The position numbers were made by a program, and so were the translations under genes. A stretch of 64,000 bases of DNA from Eledone cirrhosa (lineage: Eukaryota): positions 13,144,001-13,208,000 of the forward strand of contig OZ024750.1 of NCBI GenBank assembly GCA_964016885.1. The letters run 5' to 3'. The notes beneath the pieces are model-generated. The model had not been told where the DNA came from, did no database searches, and saw only the letters and a list, made by a program, of their open reading frames with translations. Positions within the stretch are counted from its first letter, which is position 1; each line of letters opens with the position of its first letter. This document shows positions 1-13,680 of this stretch, piece after piece.

Positions 1-38
<38 letters not shown>

Positions 39-39
39 G

Positions 40-300
40 TTCATTATCATCTGAGAGAAAGGTAGAGTATAAGATAAATTGAATGCAGCATGCAAGAGAG
101 ACGATTGCATTGGTATGGGCATGTGATGTGTAAGAAGAGTGAGTGTTATATATATAAAAGTGCCAAGCAGTTAAAGCAGATGAAACCCATGGAGGAATAC
201 GACTAAGAAAGACATAGGAAGAAGTTGTGTTGAATGTTCTCAAAAAACTGAAGCTCAAAATAGAGATGTCATTGAAGTGGGCTCTCTGCTAAAATAAACA
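40..300 (+). mobile_element. RTE-type LINE ORF 3' fragment
   Basis: agacgattgcattggtatgggcatgtgatg translates to RRLHWYGHVM, the RTE RRLRWxGHV motif. Confidence 0.55.
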
Positions 301-919
301 GTCACCAGCATTGTGACACTAAACGTAAATGTGTGGAGAAACTGAAAGCTACAGTGTTTTGGTGATTAAAAAGACATTAGAGGGTCTAAGTGGATTCTTC
401 AGTTTGGATGCTCATGTGACAACTTTCTAGTACTGGTGCCACAATAACACACACTGAGTCCTCTCCTATAAAGGATGATACAGCTTGGTACCAGTGGCAT
501 CACAAATCAATGTGAATTAAAATGTCTTGCTTGAGGACACAACACACCACCCAGTCTTAGAATCGAAATTGCAACCTCACTGTGTGTGTGTGTGTGTATT
601 TATATATATATATATAGTTACTAATTACTGTGTTGCTTATATGTAAGAGTTGCATTGTGACATCATTGATAAACAGGTGTAAGCAGGTAAGAGCACTCTA
701 CATCAGTCATATCTATCCAGAAAGATCTGCAAAGGCCTGTACAGGGAGTATAACATGTTTCTTATGTTAGTGACTACATCTGTACTGGCCTTCAGGTACC
801 TTTATTTGATATAGATTCATTGATTAATCTTCTGGTGAGATACAGACCTCAGACCTCTTTAAATACACACTTGGCGTAAAATATAAGTATTCTTCTTTAT
901 GCTGTTATTATTATTATTG

Positions 920-1232
920 GCATAGCAGGGATTAGCAGTATCGGTAGAGCGTCAGACACCATGCTTTGCAGCATAGAGTTACGGCCCTTTACAGTGTGAG
1001 TTCAAATCCTGCCGAGGTTAGCTTTGTCTTTCATCCTTACGAGGTCGATAAATAAAGTACCAGTAATGTACTCTGTCTGGTTGATTTAATCGACTTTCCC
1101 CTCCCAACAAAAAAATTGCTGGCCTTGTGCCTATATTATTATTATTATTTTTACTATTACATTAAAGTACCAGTAATGTACTGAGTAATTGCTGGCCTTT
1201 TATGCCAAAAGTAGAAACAATTATTATTATTA
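920..1232 (+). mobile_element. tRNA-derived SINE family A (Nin/Deu-like central domain, ATT tail), plus a duplicated tail fragment
   Basis: B-box GTTCAAATCC; core gcctttcatccttacggggtcgataaaataaagtaccagt. Other copies: 9438-9590(-), 11685-11835(-), 15390-15585(-), 24822-25012(+), 25260-25452(+), 34755-34970(+), 50250-50390(-), 62447-62540(-). Confidence 0.75.
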
Positions 1233-1335
1233 TATTTTGTCTATCCTAGTCATGTATTTTTATGAGATGTGTTGAAACAACTGTAAAGAATTAAATGATT
1301 TAAGAACTTTCATCTGTCATTTTAATTTGTTTTAT

Positions 1336-1338
<3 letters not shown>

Positions 1339-1407
<69 letters not shown>
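1339..1407. repeat. (GT)n microsatellite; also (AG)n at 1-37 and (AT)n at ~15947-16008
   Basis: Direct inspection. Confidence 0.95.
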
Positions 1408-1409
<2 letters not shown>

Positions 1410-1499
1410 CACACACATACCACATATATATCCAACTCTCTAACCAGTAAGCCGTTATTGTTACATATTCTATTGACTCTGGAGGAATGAGACTAGATG

Positions 1500-1722
1500 T
1501 TAATACCTGCAGTATTTCAACATATAATGCAAATGGATGAGACTAAATGCTATGAAATGTTTAGTTTGGACAGAGGTGGTGAGAGCTGATCTCAGATTGC
1601 TGAAGCTCATAGAGGAAATGGTGAGGGACCGTGACGAATGGAGAGATGTTGTGCTGAAGAGGACCGGTTCCACCCTTGCAAGTAGGGAAAAGCAGACATA
1701 AAATGATGATGATGATGATGAT
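1500..1722 (+). mobile_element. RTE-type LINE 3' end with (GAT)n tail
   Basis: W.EVVRADL..L.L..EMVRDRDEWR remnant; the tail cccttgcaag...aaatgatgatgat is shared with short copies at ~5140-5180 and ~6045-6090. Confidence 0.55.
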
Positions 1723-1744
1723 TTATCAACTAATAGCATGAAAG

Positions 1745-2625
1745 TAACACAGGCAATTCTGTATCAGATTTAGATGCCAAATGCCTGAGGATTACTACAT
1801 GTAGTTTAATGCCGGAAAATGTCAAGCCCTCTACTATCAAACCATAAACAGAAGGCCACTACAATGAGGCTGCAATGGACCAGTAGGAATCAAAATCCTT
1901 GAGTCTAAATCTATACAGGACCTGGATATTGACATGGGCAATAATGTACTGTTTCATGCACACTTCACCAAAATGGTGGCAATGTGCAGATGACGAAGGT
2001 TAGATTCTGAGGATTTTCGGGACAAGAGACTATGAAACCATATTAATCCTCTGGGGGATATTTTTCCTCGGCTGACTTGACTATTGTTCTCAACTGTGGT
2101 TGCCACACAGAGTCAAACTAACTGCAGAACATGAAGCAATCCAAGAAGATTGCATCAGTGAAGGAGATGAGCTACTGTGAGTGGCCTGAGAGAACTTAAG
2201 CTCTACTCACAAGAATGAAGATGGGAGAGATACACAGTGATATACATATGGATCCTGGAAGGATCAGTGCCAAATTTTAGCATTGAGAGCTAAACCAATC
2301 CTTGAACAGGATACTACCATGTAGTACCAAAGGTCCCATCCTTCACATCTTGGGTAAGGACCAGATACTACAATAAAGGACCCCATCTCTATAATAAACT
2401 GTCAAAAAACCTAACAGATCTACAAGATGTGGATGTAGATGTTTTGAAGAAGCTTTTTGACATTCTTCTAACCAAGATCCCAGATGAACCCACAGCACAA
2501 GGCAATGTACAAATAAGGGCAGGAGCAATAATGACCAACTAAGGAAGACTGGCTATAGAATGTATAGTGACAATGGTGGTGCCTCGGCATGGCCTAAGCC
2601 AGTTGGCTACAACAAGTAAAGGTGT
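1745..2625 (+). mobile_element. Decayed CR1/L2-group LINE 3' end, same family as the 13 kb fragment
   Basis: Remnants of RERYxxIYxWxxLEGxVPN and DVDVxK...KIPDEP ORF2 tail motifs, with many stops and frameshifts. Confidence 0.6.
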
Positions 2626-3402
2626 ATATATATATATATATATATATACTTATTTATGTGTGTATAATGACTGGGGTTGTATTTTGAATCATATAAGAAA
2701 TGTTCATGTAAATAAATATTTTATAGCCTAGCTATGAAATTTTAGAGGAGGTGATTTAATCCACCACTGGCATTTAGCAACCAAGCAGGGGGGAGCACTC
2801 TAATGGAATCATTTCTGGTTCTTGAACTGTTGCCAGAGAAGCTAACTTGGATGCTTTGACGAAAATAAGCTAGGAGCTTATAGGTTTTATGCATATGAAT
2901 ATTAGCTAACAAAGCTCATTTGCATACAGAGCAAAAGCTTGGTGGTGTCTAATCAATGAGAGGAAGTGATACTCTGACATAGTGTGATTGATATGTGACT
3001 GGGGTTGTATATTGAACAATTCATTTCTCTAAAGAGATGGCTCAAGTTTTATACTCACAGTACAGAATATTAGATTATGTAATAATTCAGATTTCATAGG
3101 CTATTATACAATAGCTTGAAACACAAGTAAGAATCCCACTTAATAAATGAATGAATTGCTGATCACCAACATATTGCCATCAGTTTTTTTTCAACAGCTC
3201 CATAACACCATGGAATACTTCACATTGATCATACTCGGTGTTACAAAAGGATATCAACCAGATAACAATAACTTATTACATTGTGTACAACACTACTGGT
3301 AAGTCATCATATCATTTTCTACATACAATTCTAACTCAATAATATATATGCTATGAGTTGCCTCCAAAAGCTTCATACATACAGCTTAAATCCTCTGTGT
3401 GG

Positions 3403-3403
3403 G

Positions 3404-3457
<54 letters not shown>

Positions 3458-3529
3458 ATACCAATAAGTATAGATTTATACAGATAGAAATAAATCGATT
3501 TATAATCATATAAATGCATATATATACAT

Positions 3530-3592
<63 letters not shown>

Positions 3593-4270
3593 TCTATGTA
3601 TACATTTATATATAGTTACATATATATTATAGATATATAAATACAAAACCATATATATACAAATATACATCCATATACATATCTATATATATATATATAC
3701 ACATATATATATATACACATATATATATATATATACATACATATACATATATATATACATATACACACATACATATATATACACATTTCTATATACACAT
3801 ATACACACATATACATATATACACACATATATATATACATGTATATATATCCACACACATATACATATATGAATATATATGTATACATTCATACATATAT
3901 ATATATATATATACATTCATACATATATATATATATATATACATGTATATATATCCACACACACATATATATACACATATACATATATGAATATATATGT
4001 ATACATTCATATATATATATATATATATATACATATATATACACATGTATATATATCCACATACATATATGAATATATATCCACATACATATATGAATAT
4101 GTATACATTCATATATATATATATATATATACACATACACATTTATATATACACATACACATACACACATATACACATGTACATATATATACACACACAC
4201 ATACATTTATATATATACACACACACATACATTTATATATATATATACACACACACACACATATATATAT
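3403..4270. repeat. Compound (TA/CA) microsatellite with higher-order units
   Basis: Alternating purine-pyrimidine tract; recurring atatccacac...atatgaatatatatgtatacattcat block. Confidence 0.95.
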
Positions 4271-5093
4271 GGTTGGAGCTCAACAGATTGTTCCTTTCAA
4301 ATAAATAAGTTATATATGATATCACTACCTTTTCAAACACCTTGATATGAGATGTGGGGGAGATGGGACAGTAATATTTATATATAACTCATTACTAGTG
4401 AGGGCCATGGTACCTAACACATGACTGAGGTGTGAATTTTAATCTGAATGGCTCTCCCAGGTGATGCTATTAAGTCAGACATGGTCTGGGCATCGTGTAG
4501 GTGTCACGAGAAAAAAAAACTAACAGTTCACGCTGTAATGTGGCCGTGTAGGTAACACGGTAAAAAGTTTCCAGTGCCACACTGTAAATGTGGTTGGTGT
4601 TAGGAAGGGCATCCAGCCGTAGAAAACCTGCCAGATAGTCCTATATGAGCGAGACACGGTCACCCAACCAACCTTGCCTCAAGTGGGACAACTCCTGTCT
4701 AACCCATGCTAGCATGGAAGATGGACGTTAAACAAAGATGATGATGATGATGATGACACACATATACAAGCACCCAGTACATGCTGTAAAGTGGTTGATG
4801 TTAGGAAATGTATCCAACTCTAGAAAGCTTGTCAAACGAGGGGTTAGGTGGGCCCTTCAGTTTGTGTCAAAAGACACAACTTCTCCTCTGCATATGATAA
4901 TGCTTTCTTTATTAACCACAAGGGTTTACATAAAGTAGACATTAAGGACAGTACAGGACTGTACATAAGTGGGATACAGCCCTTTTTAGTCTGTCTCTGA
5001 CATTAGTGTCCCCATTTCAGTACTGACTTGGTCTATGTAGACCCATCCAACACTTGCTAGCAAACAAAGCAGACATTAAATGTTGATGTGGTT

Positions 5094-5140
<47 letters not shown>

Positions 5141-5930
5141 CATTTTACATCCACTTTTCCCTGCTTGCAAGGATGGGACGGGAACTGATTCTGGCTTGAT
5201 TTCTACAGCTGGATGCCCTTCCTAACACCAACCTCATTTACAGTGAGTGCTGGGTGCGTTTTTGCCGTGGCACCTCCACAACCCACAACCACTTTACAGT
5301 GGAATGATAGGGACCCCAGTCCTATCATCTCATTTCTACAGCTGAGTAAACTGGAGCAATGTGAAATAAAGTGTCTTGCTCAAGGAAACAACACATCACC
5401 CGGTCTGAGAATTGAACTCACAACCTTTCGATTGCAAGGCCAATGCTCTTAGCACTAAGCCATGTGCCTCCATATATAGTTATATATAGTTGTGTATGTA
5501 TGTATATATATATATGTGTGTGTGTGTTTGTATATTATTGATGGACTTGAGAAAAATTACTCAATTTTCAAGTTTAAATAATCATCTATTATGACTAAGT
5601 GGTGAGCCTTGTTACATAAACAGATGTATCAAGGCCATTGTCTACCAATGCTTTCATAGCAAAACCAACTACAATGAGCATACTAATACTGTAATATGCT
5701 GATGCCATAACAAATGCGCCCAATCCACCTTGTAAGATGGCAGTGTCAAGTTCTGATAAATTGCTTCCAGTACATGCTGTAAAATATTTGGCATTAGGAA
5801 GGGCAACCAGCCATAGAAACCAGGCCAAAATAAAGTGTACAAGCAGGACATAGTCACCTGACCTGTCTGGCATCAGCACAAGATAAGCATCTAACACATG
5901 TAAGCATGGGAAATAGATGCTAAATGTGGA

Positions 5931-5971
<41 letters not shown>

Positions 5972-6588
5972 GGAACAATGGATGATCGTGATTACATATA
6001 TACACACACACACATTATATATATATATATATGGTTATATATGTCCCACCCTTGCAAGCAGGGAAAAAGCAGATGTAAAATGATGATATATATATATATA
6101 TATATACAGTATATATATACACATATATATCTCACTGAGATCTGACTTGTATTATGACCAGTAAATGATGATGATGATGATGATGAGAGAGAAGGGGGAT
6201 GAGAGAGATGAGTGAGTAGAAAAGGGGGATGAGTGAGTAGAGAGGATAGGGAAGTGGGAGAGTAGAGGGAAGAGGGAAGGGAGAGAGTCTGCATGTGTGT
6301 GTCCAATTTTACTATATATATTCTATAGACTTTACTCTGGTAACACACTAACTGATAAGATAACAACTTTCAAATAGCAAGAAGTAAGTAGATGGTCAGA
6401 AGAGTGTAATGATAACACATCTTCCTGACATTTAGACACATGTGAGGTTTCAGTCTTCTGGTATTTCTCCACTTCTTCCTGACTCAATGGATGATAGCCC
6501 CAAAGATAACAGACAGACTTTGACATATATATATACTAACACATGCACACACATACACATATATATATATATATATATATACACACAG

Positions 6589-6631
<43 letters not shown>

Positions 6632-7574
6632 TACATATACGTATGGTGGCTGCCAACTCGTTTTCAAGTACGGCCACTACTTTATATCCATGTAGGAGAA
6701 CCCCTACCGATGCGCTGAACGAGTGTGACTTTTTAGTCCAGCCAGCGACTTGAAAACTCTGGTACAAACACTACACTTGTGACAATTATTGACACATAGT
6801 GCTGGGCCCATGGTACCATGTGACGACAAGTGCAGAGAGATCTCCAGATATAAAGCAATGCCTGTGCCGTGAAGCTTTTATAGTGAGCAAAGGCACTGCA
6901 CAAAGCCAGTCCCACTCTCTTAACCAAGATGATATTTACCAAAAAGAAGAACAATACATACATATATACATATATATACATACATACATAAATATATACA
7001 TACATATACATATATATACATACATAAATATATACATACATATATATATATGATGGCTGCCCCCTCGTTATCGAGTATGGCCATTGCACGATACACCATT
7101 ATTAATAATTATTAATTCATTCTATCGTGCAATGCCTGTGCGTGAAGATATTTTTAAAGAAAGACTGTGCACTGAGCCAATCCCACTCTCTGAGCGACAG
7201 TAGCTATAACCCGAAAAGAAGAAAAGATCAACATCATCGGTAACTACTGAGCCGCAGGTTTTGTATCGGAGTTATCACAGTTTCCTGAGTTCCCTTCTCC
7301 TAGAAGAATGCCCTGACAAAGGCTAGGGGTCCTTCACTCCTAAAATGGTTTTACCACGCAGTACATGTCTATATACATATTTACACATTTTCGGTACACA
7401 TACATATATATATATACATATATACATACATATATATACAGGTAAAATTCTGTTATAACGAATACCATTATAACAAATTTTTCGGTATAATGAAATTTTT
7501 TTTAATCCCTGAGGTAATAACAAACAAATGCCCCATTTGTTTTGGTCAATCCCCTTATAAAGAAATGTCACTGT

Positions 7575-8390
7575 ATATGCATACATATATATATAGATAC
7601 ATATATACATACACATATATACATACATCTATATATATATAGATACATATATACATACATATATACATACATATATATATAGATACATATATACATACAT
7701 ATATATATAGATACATACATCTATATAGATACATATATACATACATCTATATAGATACATATATACATACATATATACAGATACATATATACATATATAT
7801 AGATACATATATACATATATATAGATACATATATACATATATATAGATACATATATACATATATATATATAGATACATATATATAGATACATATATACAT
7901 ATATATATATAGATACATATATACATATATATATATAGATACATATATACATATATATATAGATACATATATACATATATATATAGATACATATATACAT
8001 ATATATATAGATACATATATACATACATATATATAGATACATATATACATACATATATATAGATACATATATACATATATATAGATACATATATACATAT
8101 ATATATAGATACATATATACATATATATATAGATACATATATACATATATACATACATACACACATATATACATACATACACACATATATACATATATAT
8201 ACACACATATATATATATATATACACACATATATATATATATATATACACATATATATATATATATATACACATATATATATATATATATACACATATAT
8301 ATCTATATATATATATACACATATATATCTATATATATATATACACATATATCTATATATATATATACACATATATATATATATATACAC

Positions 8391-8423
<33 letters not shown>

Positions 8424-8598
8424 TATATATATATATACATACACATATATATACATATATACATATATATATACATATATATATATACATATACGTACAT
8501 ATATACATATATATATACATATATATATATACATATACATATATATACATATACATATATATATATATACATATACATATATATATATATACATATAC

Positions 8599-8629
<31 letters not shown>

Positions 8630-8920
8630 CATATATATATACATATATATACATATATATATACATATATATATACATATATACATATATATATATACAT
8701 ATATATACACGTATATATATATATATACATACACATATATTTATACATATATATATATATATACATACACACATATATATATATACATACACATATATAT
8801 ACAGATACACACATATATATATATACATACACATATATATACATACACATATATATATACATACACATATATATATATATACACATATATATATATACAC
8901 ATATGCATATATATATATAT
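7575..8920. repeat. Compound (TA/CA/GA) microsatellite, ~1.35 kb
   Basis: Repeated atatatagatacatatatac units; source of the spurious Y/I/C/M ORFs. Confidence 0.95.
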
Positions 8921-9061
8921 TTATTAAAATAACAGATTAAAGTTTAAGCAAAGAATCGCTGCTTTGACCCTTAACGGGATCTTCTGAAACTAACAAAGTC
9001 AATCTGTAAACGCAGATTTTAGTCTTCAAATTTATTATTATTACTATTATATATAAAGGAA

Positions 9062-9276
9062 CGATCGACTTTCGTCAAATCGGACCGAGGAAACAATGTT
9101 TCCGTTGGTCTTTCCAGTTGCTAATACTATCTATCGGTCGCAACTCCAGGTAGAAGGAGCAACGTGAAATAAAGTGTCTTGCTCAAGGACATAATGCATC
9201 ACCCGGTCCAGGAATCGAACTCACAACCTCAAGATTGTGAATCCAATTCTCTAACCACTCAGCCACACGCCTTCAC
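9062..9276 (-). mobile_element. SINE family B copy, inverted relative to 12124-12340
   Basis: Reverse complement of 12124-12338 with few mismatches. Confidence 0.75.
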
Positions 9277-9321
<45 letters not shown>

Positions 9322-10778
9322 TATATATATATATATATATATATCTGTGTTTGTATTGGTTATCCCCACAATAAATACACCCAGTACATGCTGTAAAGTT
9401 GTTAATGATAGGAAGGACATCCAGCTGCAGAAAGGCGAGCAATTATTCCAGTACATTACTGGTACTCTATTTTGTCAACCTCGTAAGGATAAAAGGTGAA
9501 GTTAACCTCGGTGAGATTTGAACTCAGACCGCAAAGGGCCGTAACTCTATGTCGCAAAGCATGGTGTCTGACCCTCCACCGGTACTGCCAATAATCTGCA
9601 GTGACTACGTTACATAATTGGCAGAGAACTCTCATATAACCAATGCAACCATTAGGAACTCTTACACCAACTGAAATCCCTTACAAATCTGACCCCCCAG
9701 TATACAGAAATATACAGTCCCAGCTACTAGAACTCAAACTGATAAAACCAAAGTAAGACCATGAAAATAACCATCAAACTAATCAAAACCCTCACCCACT
9801 TATCAAACTGACCAACCCAATAGTAAGCGTTGAAGCCATATACTTAACCAATAAATTGTTGAGTATATATAATCATATATGTATGATGATGATGATAATA
9901 GCTTTAAAAGGCCAAAAATATATTACTTTGTAATTAATTATTTACCAGTATATAAGAAGTATACAAATTGTCTTGTGAGACAGGTCAGATCACATGACTG
10001 TATCTTATCCATACAGAACTGTTTCTGGCTGGGTTTCTTTATCTGGATGCCCTTCCTAATGCCAACCACATTTACAGTGTGTAATTTTTTTACATGTACA
10101 CATGTATTCCTAATTAAATCTTCAGATAAAATCAGCATGGCTCTATGAAAAAGCTTGAACTTCAAATTTCATGTAAAATTCAAGTGGCTTCTGCACAGTT
10201 CCCATGTACCTGATTTCTTTCACATAATTTGCTCTGGGCTATTGAGGGTATTTATTTTCCCAAATTACAACACAGTGACATCTCATAATTCTTTTACTTC
10301 TTCACCCATTTATTTCTAGGAGAGTCATCGGGGAAGTGTCCTCAAGCATGCCTTCCAGCAGGTCATTTCAAAAGCAACTGCCTGCAATTAATCCGGCTAG
10401 CTCCCCAAGCAAGACCAGCCAAACTCATGAATGTTATCCAATCATCTGGCTCGGGATCTATTCTTGGATCTCCTGCTTGTTGGTTTTGTGAGTATCATAA
10501 TTGAGAAGTGAATTTATTTGTCAGTTAATCCTATGTTGATATTAACACATTCATAGATATTCAAGATATTTTAAGATATATTTATCCATTATGGCTCACT
10601 GATTATTTAATGATTTTGGAAAGGATTTAAATTACAAGAAAAAACATAATTTGAATAAATAAATTCTTTGAGGAGTTTATATCTAGACAAAATCTTCAGT
10701 CTGACAGAAGTTATTTCTATATAAAATAAAGATGCCTATACTCTACGAACATATTGCATACAGAATCCTTCCATAATC

Positions 10779-10779
<1 letters not shown>

Positions 10780-10813
<34 letters not shown>

Positions 10814-11125
10814 TATATACACACACACACATCTATCTATATACACACACACATCTATCTATATACACACACACACATCTATCTATATACACACACACAC
10901 ATCTATCTATATACACACACACATCTATCTATATACACACACACATCTATCTATATATATATATATATATATACACATATATACACACACAAACACACAT
11001 ATATATATACACACACACACACATATATATATATACACACACACATCTATCTATCTATCTATATATATATCTATATATACACATATATACACACAAACAC
11101 ACATCTATATATACACACACACACA
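10780..11125. repeat. Compound microsatellite (acacacatctatctatat units)
   Basis: Direct inspection. Confidence 0.9.
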
Positions 11126-11382
11126 GATGATAGAAAGATGGACCTTATTCTTCTCTCACTTATTTGTAGAAGGATTGTAGGAGCATAGTCCTCAATGACT
11201 CCTTCCTGTGGGTCCTATCGGAAGTAACCATCAACAATCGTTCTGTCTGGATCCTCAAGTGAAACCAACAAAAATCATGGATGTTATCGAACTATCTTGC
11301 TCATGATCAACCTGTGTTTCTACCCCATGTTGTCTTTTAAATTTCTGCAGTGATTTTTTTCCATAGACATTCTAACCACATA

Positions 11383-11670
11383 TCATCATCATCATCATCA
11401 CCGTTTTACGTCTGTTCTTCCATGCTAGCATGGGTTAGACGGGTTGTCCTGTTGTGGGCAGTGTCTGGTCGGCTGACCATGCCTTGCTCATACAGGAACT
11501 GATTTTGGCTTGATTTCTACAGCTGGATGCCCTTCCTAACACCAACCTCATTTACAGTGAGTGCTGGGTGCTTTTTATCCGTGGCGCCTACACGTCCATT
11601 TTACAGTGTGGGCTGGGTGCTTTTTTGCCGTGGCACCTCCACGACCACCTTGCAGTGGGGTGTGTGGGGG
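11383..11670 (-). mobile_element. SINE/short repeat family C with RTE-like 3' end (gttggtgttaggaagggcatccagc...aacccatgctagcatggaa...(GAT)n)
   Basis: Other copies or fragments at ~4490-4756(+), 5185-5300(-), 5700-5935(+), 9970-10082(-), 17200-17440(+), 27815-27990(-), 47720-47885(+), 61220-61330(+). Confidence 0.6.
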
Positions 11671-12123
11671 CATATTGTCTATATAATAATAATAATAATA
11701 ATTGTTTCTACTTTTGGCACAAGGCCAGCAAATACCCAGTACATTACTGGTACTTTATTGTATCGACCCCCTAAGGATGAAAGGCAAAGTAAACCTCGGC
11801 GGGATTTGAACTCAGACCGTAAAGGGACGTAACTAATAATAATAATGAAATTATTGTGTACAGTGCTCAGGTGCACTACAACTCATCAAAGGTGCATGTA
11901 TAGTACATAAAACACCCAGAACACACTGTAAATGTGGTTGATGTTAGGAAGGACATCACCCAACATAGAGTGCACTGCACAGGCTTTCTTGAGATGACGA
12001 GTTTTTCAGTTTTTACAGCTTTGATTTTCATTCTTGCTGTGTAGCAGAAATTAATAAAACTGTGTGTAACTGTTCGACTTTTTTAATCTTGAACCATAAA
12101 TATATAAATACATATATATATAT

Positions 12124-12340
12124 GTGAAGGCGTGTGGCTGAGTGGTTAGAGTATTGGATTCACAATCGTGAGGTTGTGAGTTCGATTCCTGAACCAGGCG
12201 ATGCGTTATGTCCTTGAGCAAGACACTTTATTTCACGTTGCTCCTTCTACCTGGAGTTGCGACCGATAGATAGTATTAGCAATTGGAAAGACCAACGGAA
12301 ACATAGTTTCCTCGGTCCGATTTGACGAAAGTCGATCGAC
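12124..12340 (+). mobile_element. tRNA-derived SINE family B (Meta/V-like central domain tgtccttgagcaagacactttatttcacg)
   Basis: A-box TGGCTGAGTGG, B-box GTTCGATTCC. Same-subfamily copies: 9062-9276(-), 44198-44410(+). Related copies: 46430-46705, 47158-47420, 5330-5472(-), ~500-580(-). Confidence 0.75.
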
Positions 12341-12410
12341 TAGAATATATATATATATATATTATTCAAAATATTAATAAATGAATACGTTCACATAATC
12401 AAAATATATG

Positions 12411-12472
12411 TTTTATTATATATATTTCGGAGGTACTGTGCTGTTTTTTCAATACGTCCTCATCAGATAAAA
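12411..12472 (-). ncRNA. Second hammerhead ribozyme, inverted copy of 12548-12609
   Basis: Reverse complement reads ttttat CTGATGA ggacgtattg-loop-cagtacctcc GAAA tatata TA ataaaa. Confidence 0.65.
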
Positions 12473-12541
12473 TACATTGGCAGTAGCTGCCAATACTGGA
12501 ATTGAACCATCAAGACAGTTGAGGTATGTCATACATCAATT

Positions 12542-12617
12542 CATATATTTTATCTGATGAGGACGTACTGAAAAAACAGCACAGTACCTCCGAAATATAT
12601 ATAATAAAACATATATG
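12542..12617 (+). ncRNA. Type I hammerhead ribozyme (minimal, Penelope-type)
   Basis: CTGATGA at 12554-60; stem II ggacgtactg/cagtacctcc (9 of 10 bp); GAAA at 12592-95; palindromic stem III TATATA; U-H = TA at 12602-03; stem I ttttat/ataaaa plus catata/tatatg. Confidence 0.7.
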
Positions 12618-12752
12618 TTGATTATGTGAACGTATTCATTTATTAATATTTTGAATAATATTAATAACTCCAGAAAACTTCTTTGTAGAGTGCTTTTAAT
12701 CTATTGTAAAACTATATTCATTGAGTAATCAATGAACCCTAATAATCTTTGG

Positions 12753-12798
<46 letters not shown>

Positions 12799-12959
12799 AT
12801 ATATGCCACTACAAATCTTCTTCCAATACTTCCTCTGAAGCAATAAACCCCAAAGAAATTTAAACAAATGCATATTTCACATCAACAAATGAGGATGCAG
12901 AGCAAGCATTAATAATTACAGACCAGTCTTTTTGAGCTCACATATCAGCAAAGTCATGA

Positions 12960-13680
12960 AATGTGTTATCATCAGGAGATAACACTTTAACAGCATTGTG
13001 ACTGAGGATGTTGAAACAGGTGTGAAACTGCTCAAATGTCAATGTGATATATTTTGACTTTGAAAAGGCATTCAATAAAGTCGATCATGGAATGATATGT
13101 CACAGACAGCGTGGTCATGGCATGGTTGAAAAACTGGGAGAATTGCTGCTGTTAGCAGCCAATGGTGACTTCTAAGATGAAATGCCAATAGTGAATGGAG
13201 TCTCTCTAGGAACTGTATTCTGGTCTCTGTTATTAGAAGTCACTCACACTCTCTCTCTCTCTCTCCCTCAGGTAAGCCCTTGGCTGTACAGGCAACTACT
13301 ACCAATAGCTATGATGATGATGATGTGAAAACGTCACAAGCCATCAAGAATCCTGCCAATGTTACTCTCTCACAATAAGATTTAGGTACCATATATAAAT
13401 GTGTCAAAGATAACAACATGAAGTTTAGTGATAAAAATTCTCAAGCCCTCTGATTACAACAAAGATACGCTGGACCGAGCAGGACTGAAATCCCTGTCAA
13501 AGTCAATGAAAGAGAGAGGAATTGATACGAACAACAATGTGTCATTCCATGTACAAATCACCAAAATGACGGCAATGTGCAGACAACTAACCAGATGGAA
13601 TCTGAGGTCATTCAAGACAATAAACCAGAAACCCATGCTGGATCTTCAGGGGACATTTCTCTCCAGCTAACTGGATTAAT
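12960..13680 (+). mobile_element. Decayed CR1/L2-group LINE, reverse-transcriptase fragment
   Basis: ~13055-13105 translates to IFxDFEKAFNKVDHGMICH (RT DFxKAFDxVxH motif); degenerate SGVPQG and YADD regions follow; 13555-13635 matches 1960-2040. Confidence 0.7.

Larger units (their letters stand above)
12361..12755 (+). mobile_element. Penelope-like element terminal (pseudo-LTR) fragment with inverted 5' segment, inserted in (TA)n
   Basis: Inverted arms 12361-12474 and 12546-12659 carry the hammerheads; TA runs flank both sides. Confidence 0.55.

Noticed and set aside
3373-4308. Many ORFs rich in Y/I/C/M/H/T
   Set aside because: Stop-free translations of TA/CA microsatellite; no coding signal.
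7323-8900. 423-aa and overlapping ORFs
   Set aside because: Compound dinucleotide repeat; spurious.
12128-12200. tRNA-like sequence with A and B boxes
   Set aside because: It is the head of a multi-copy SINE; no complete cloverleaf seen.
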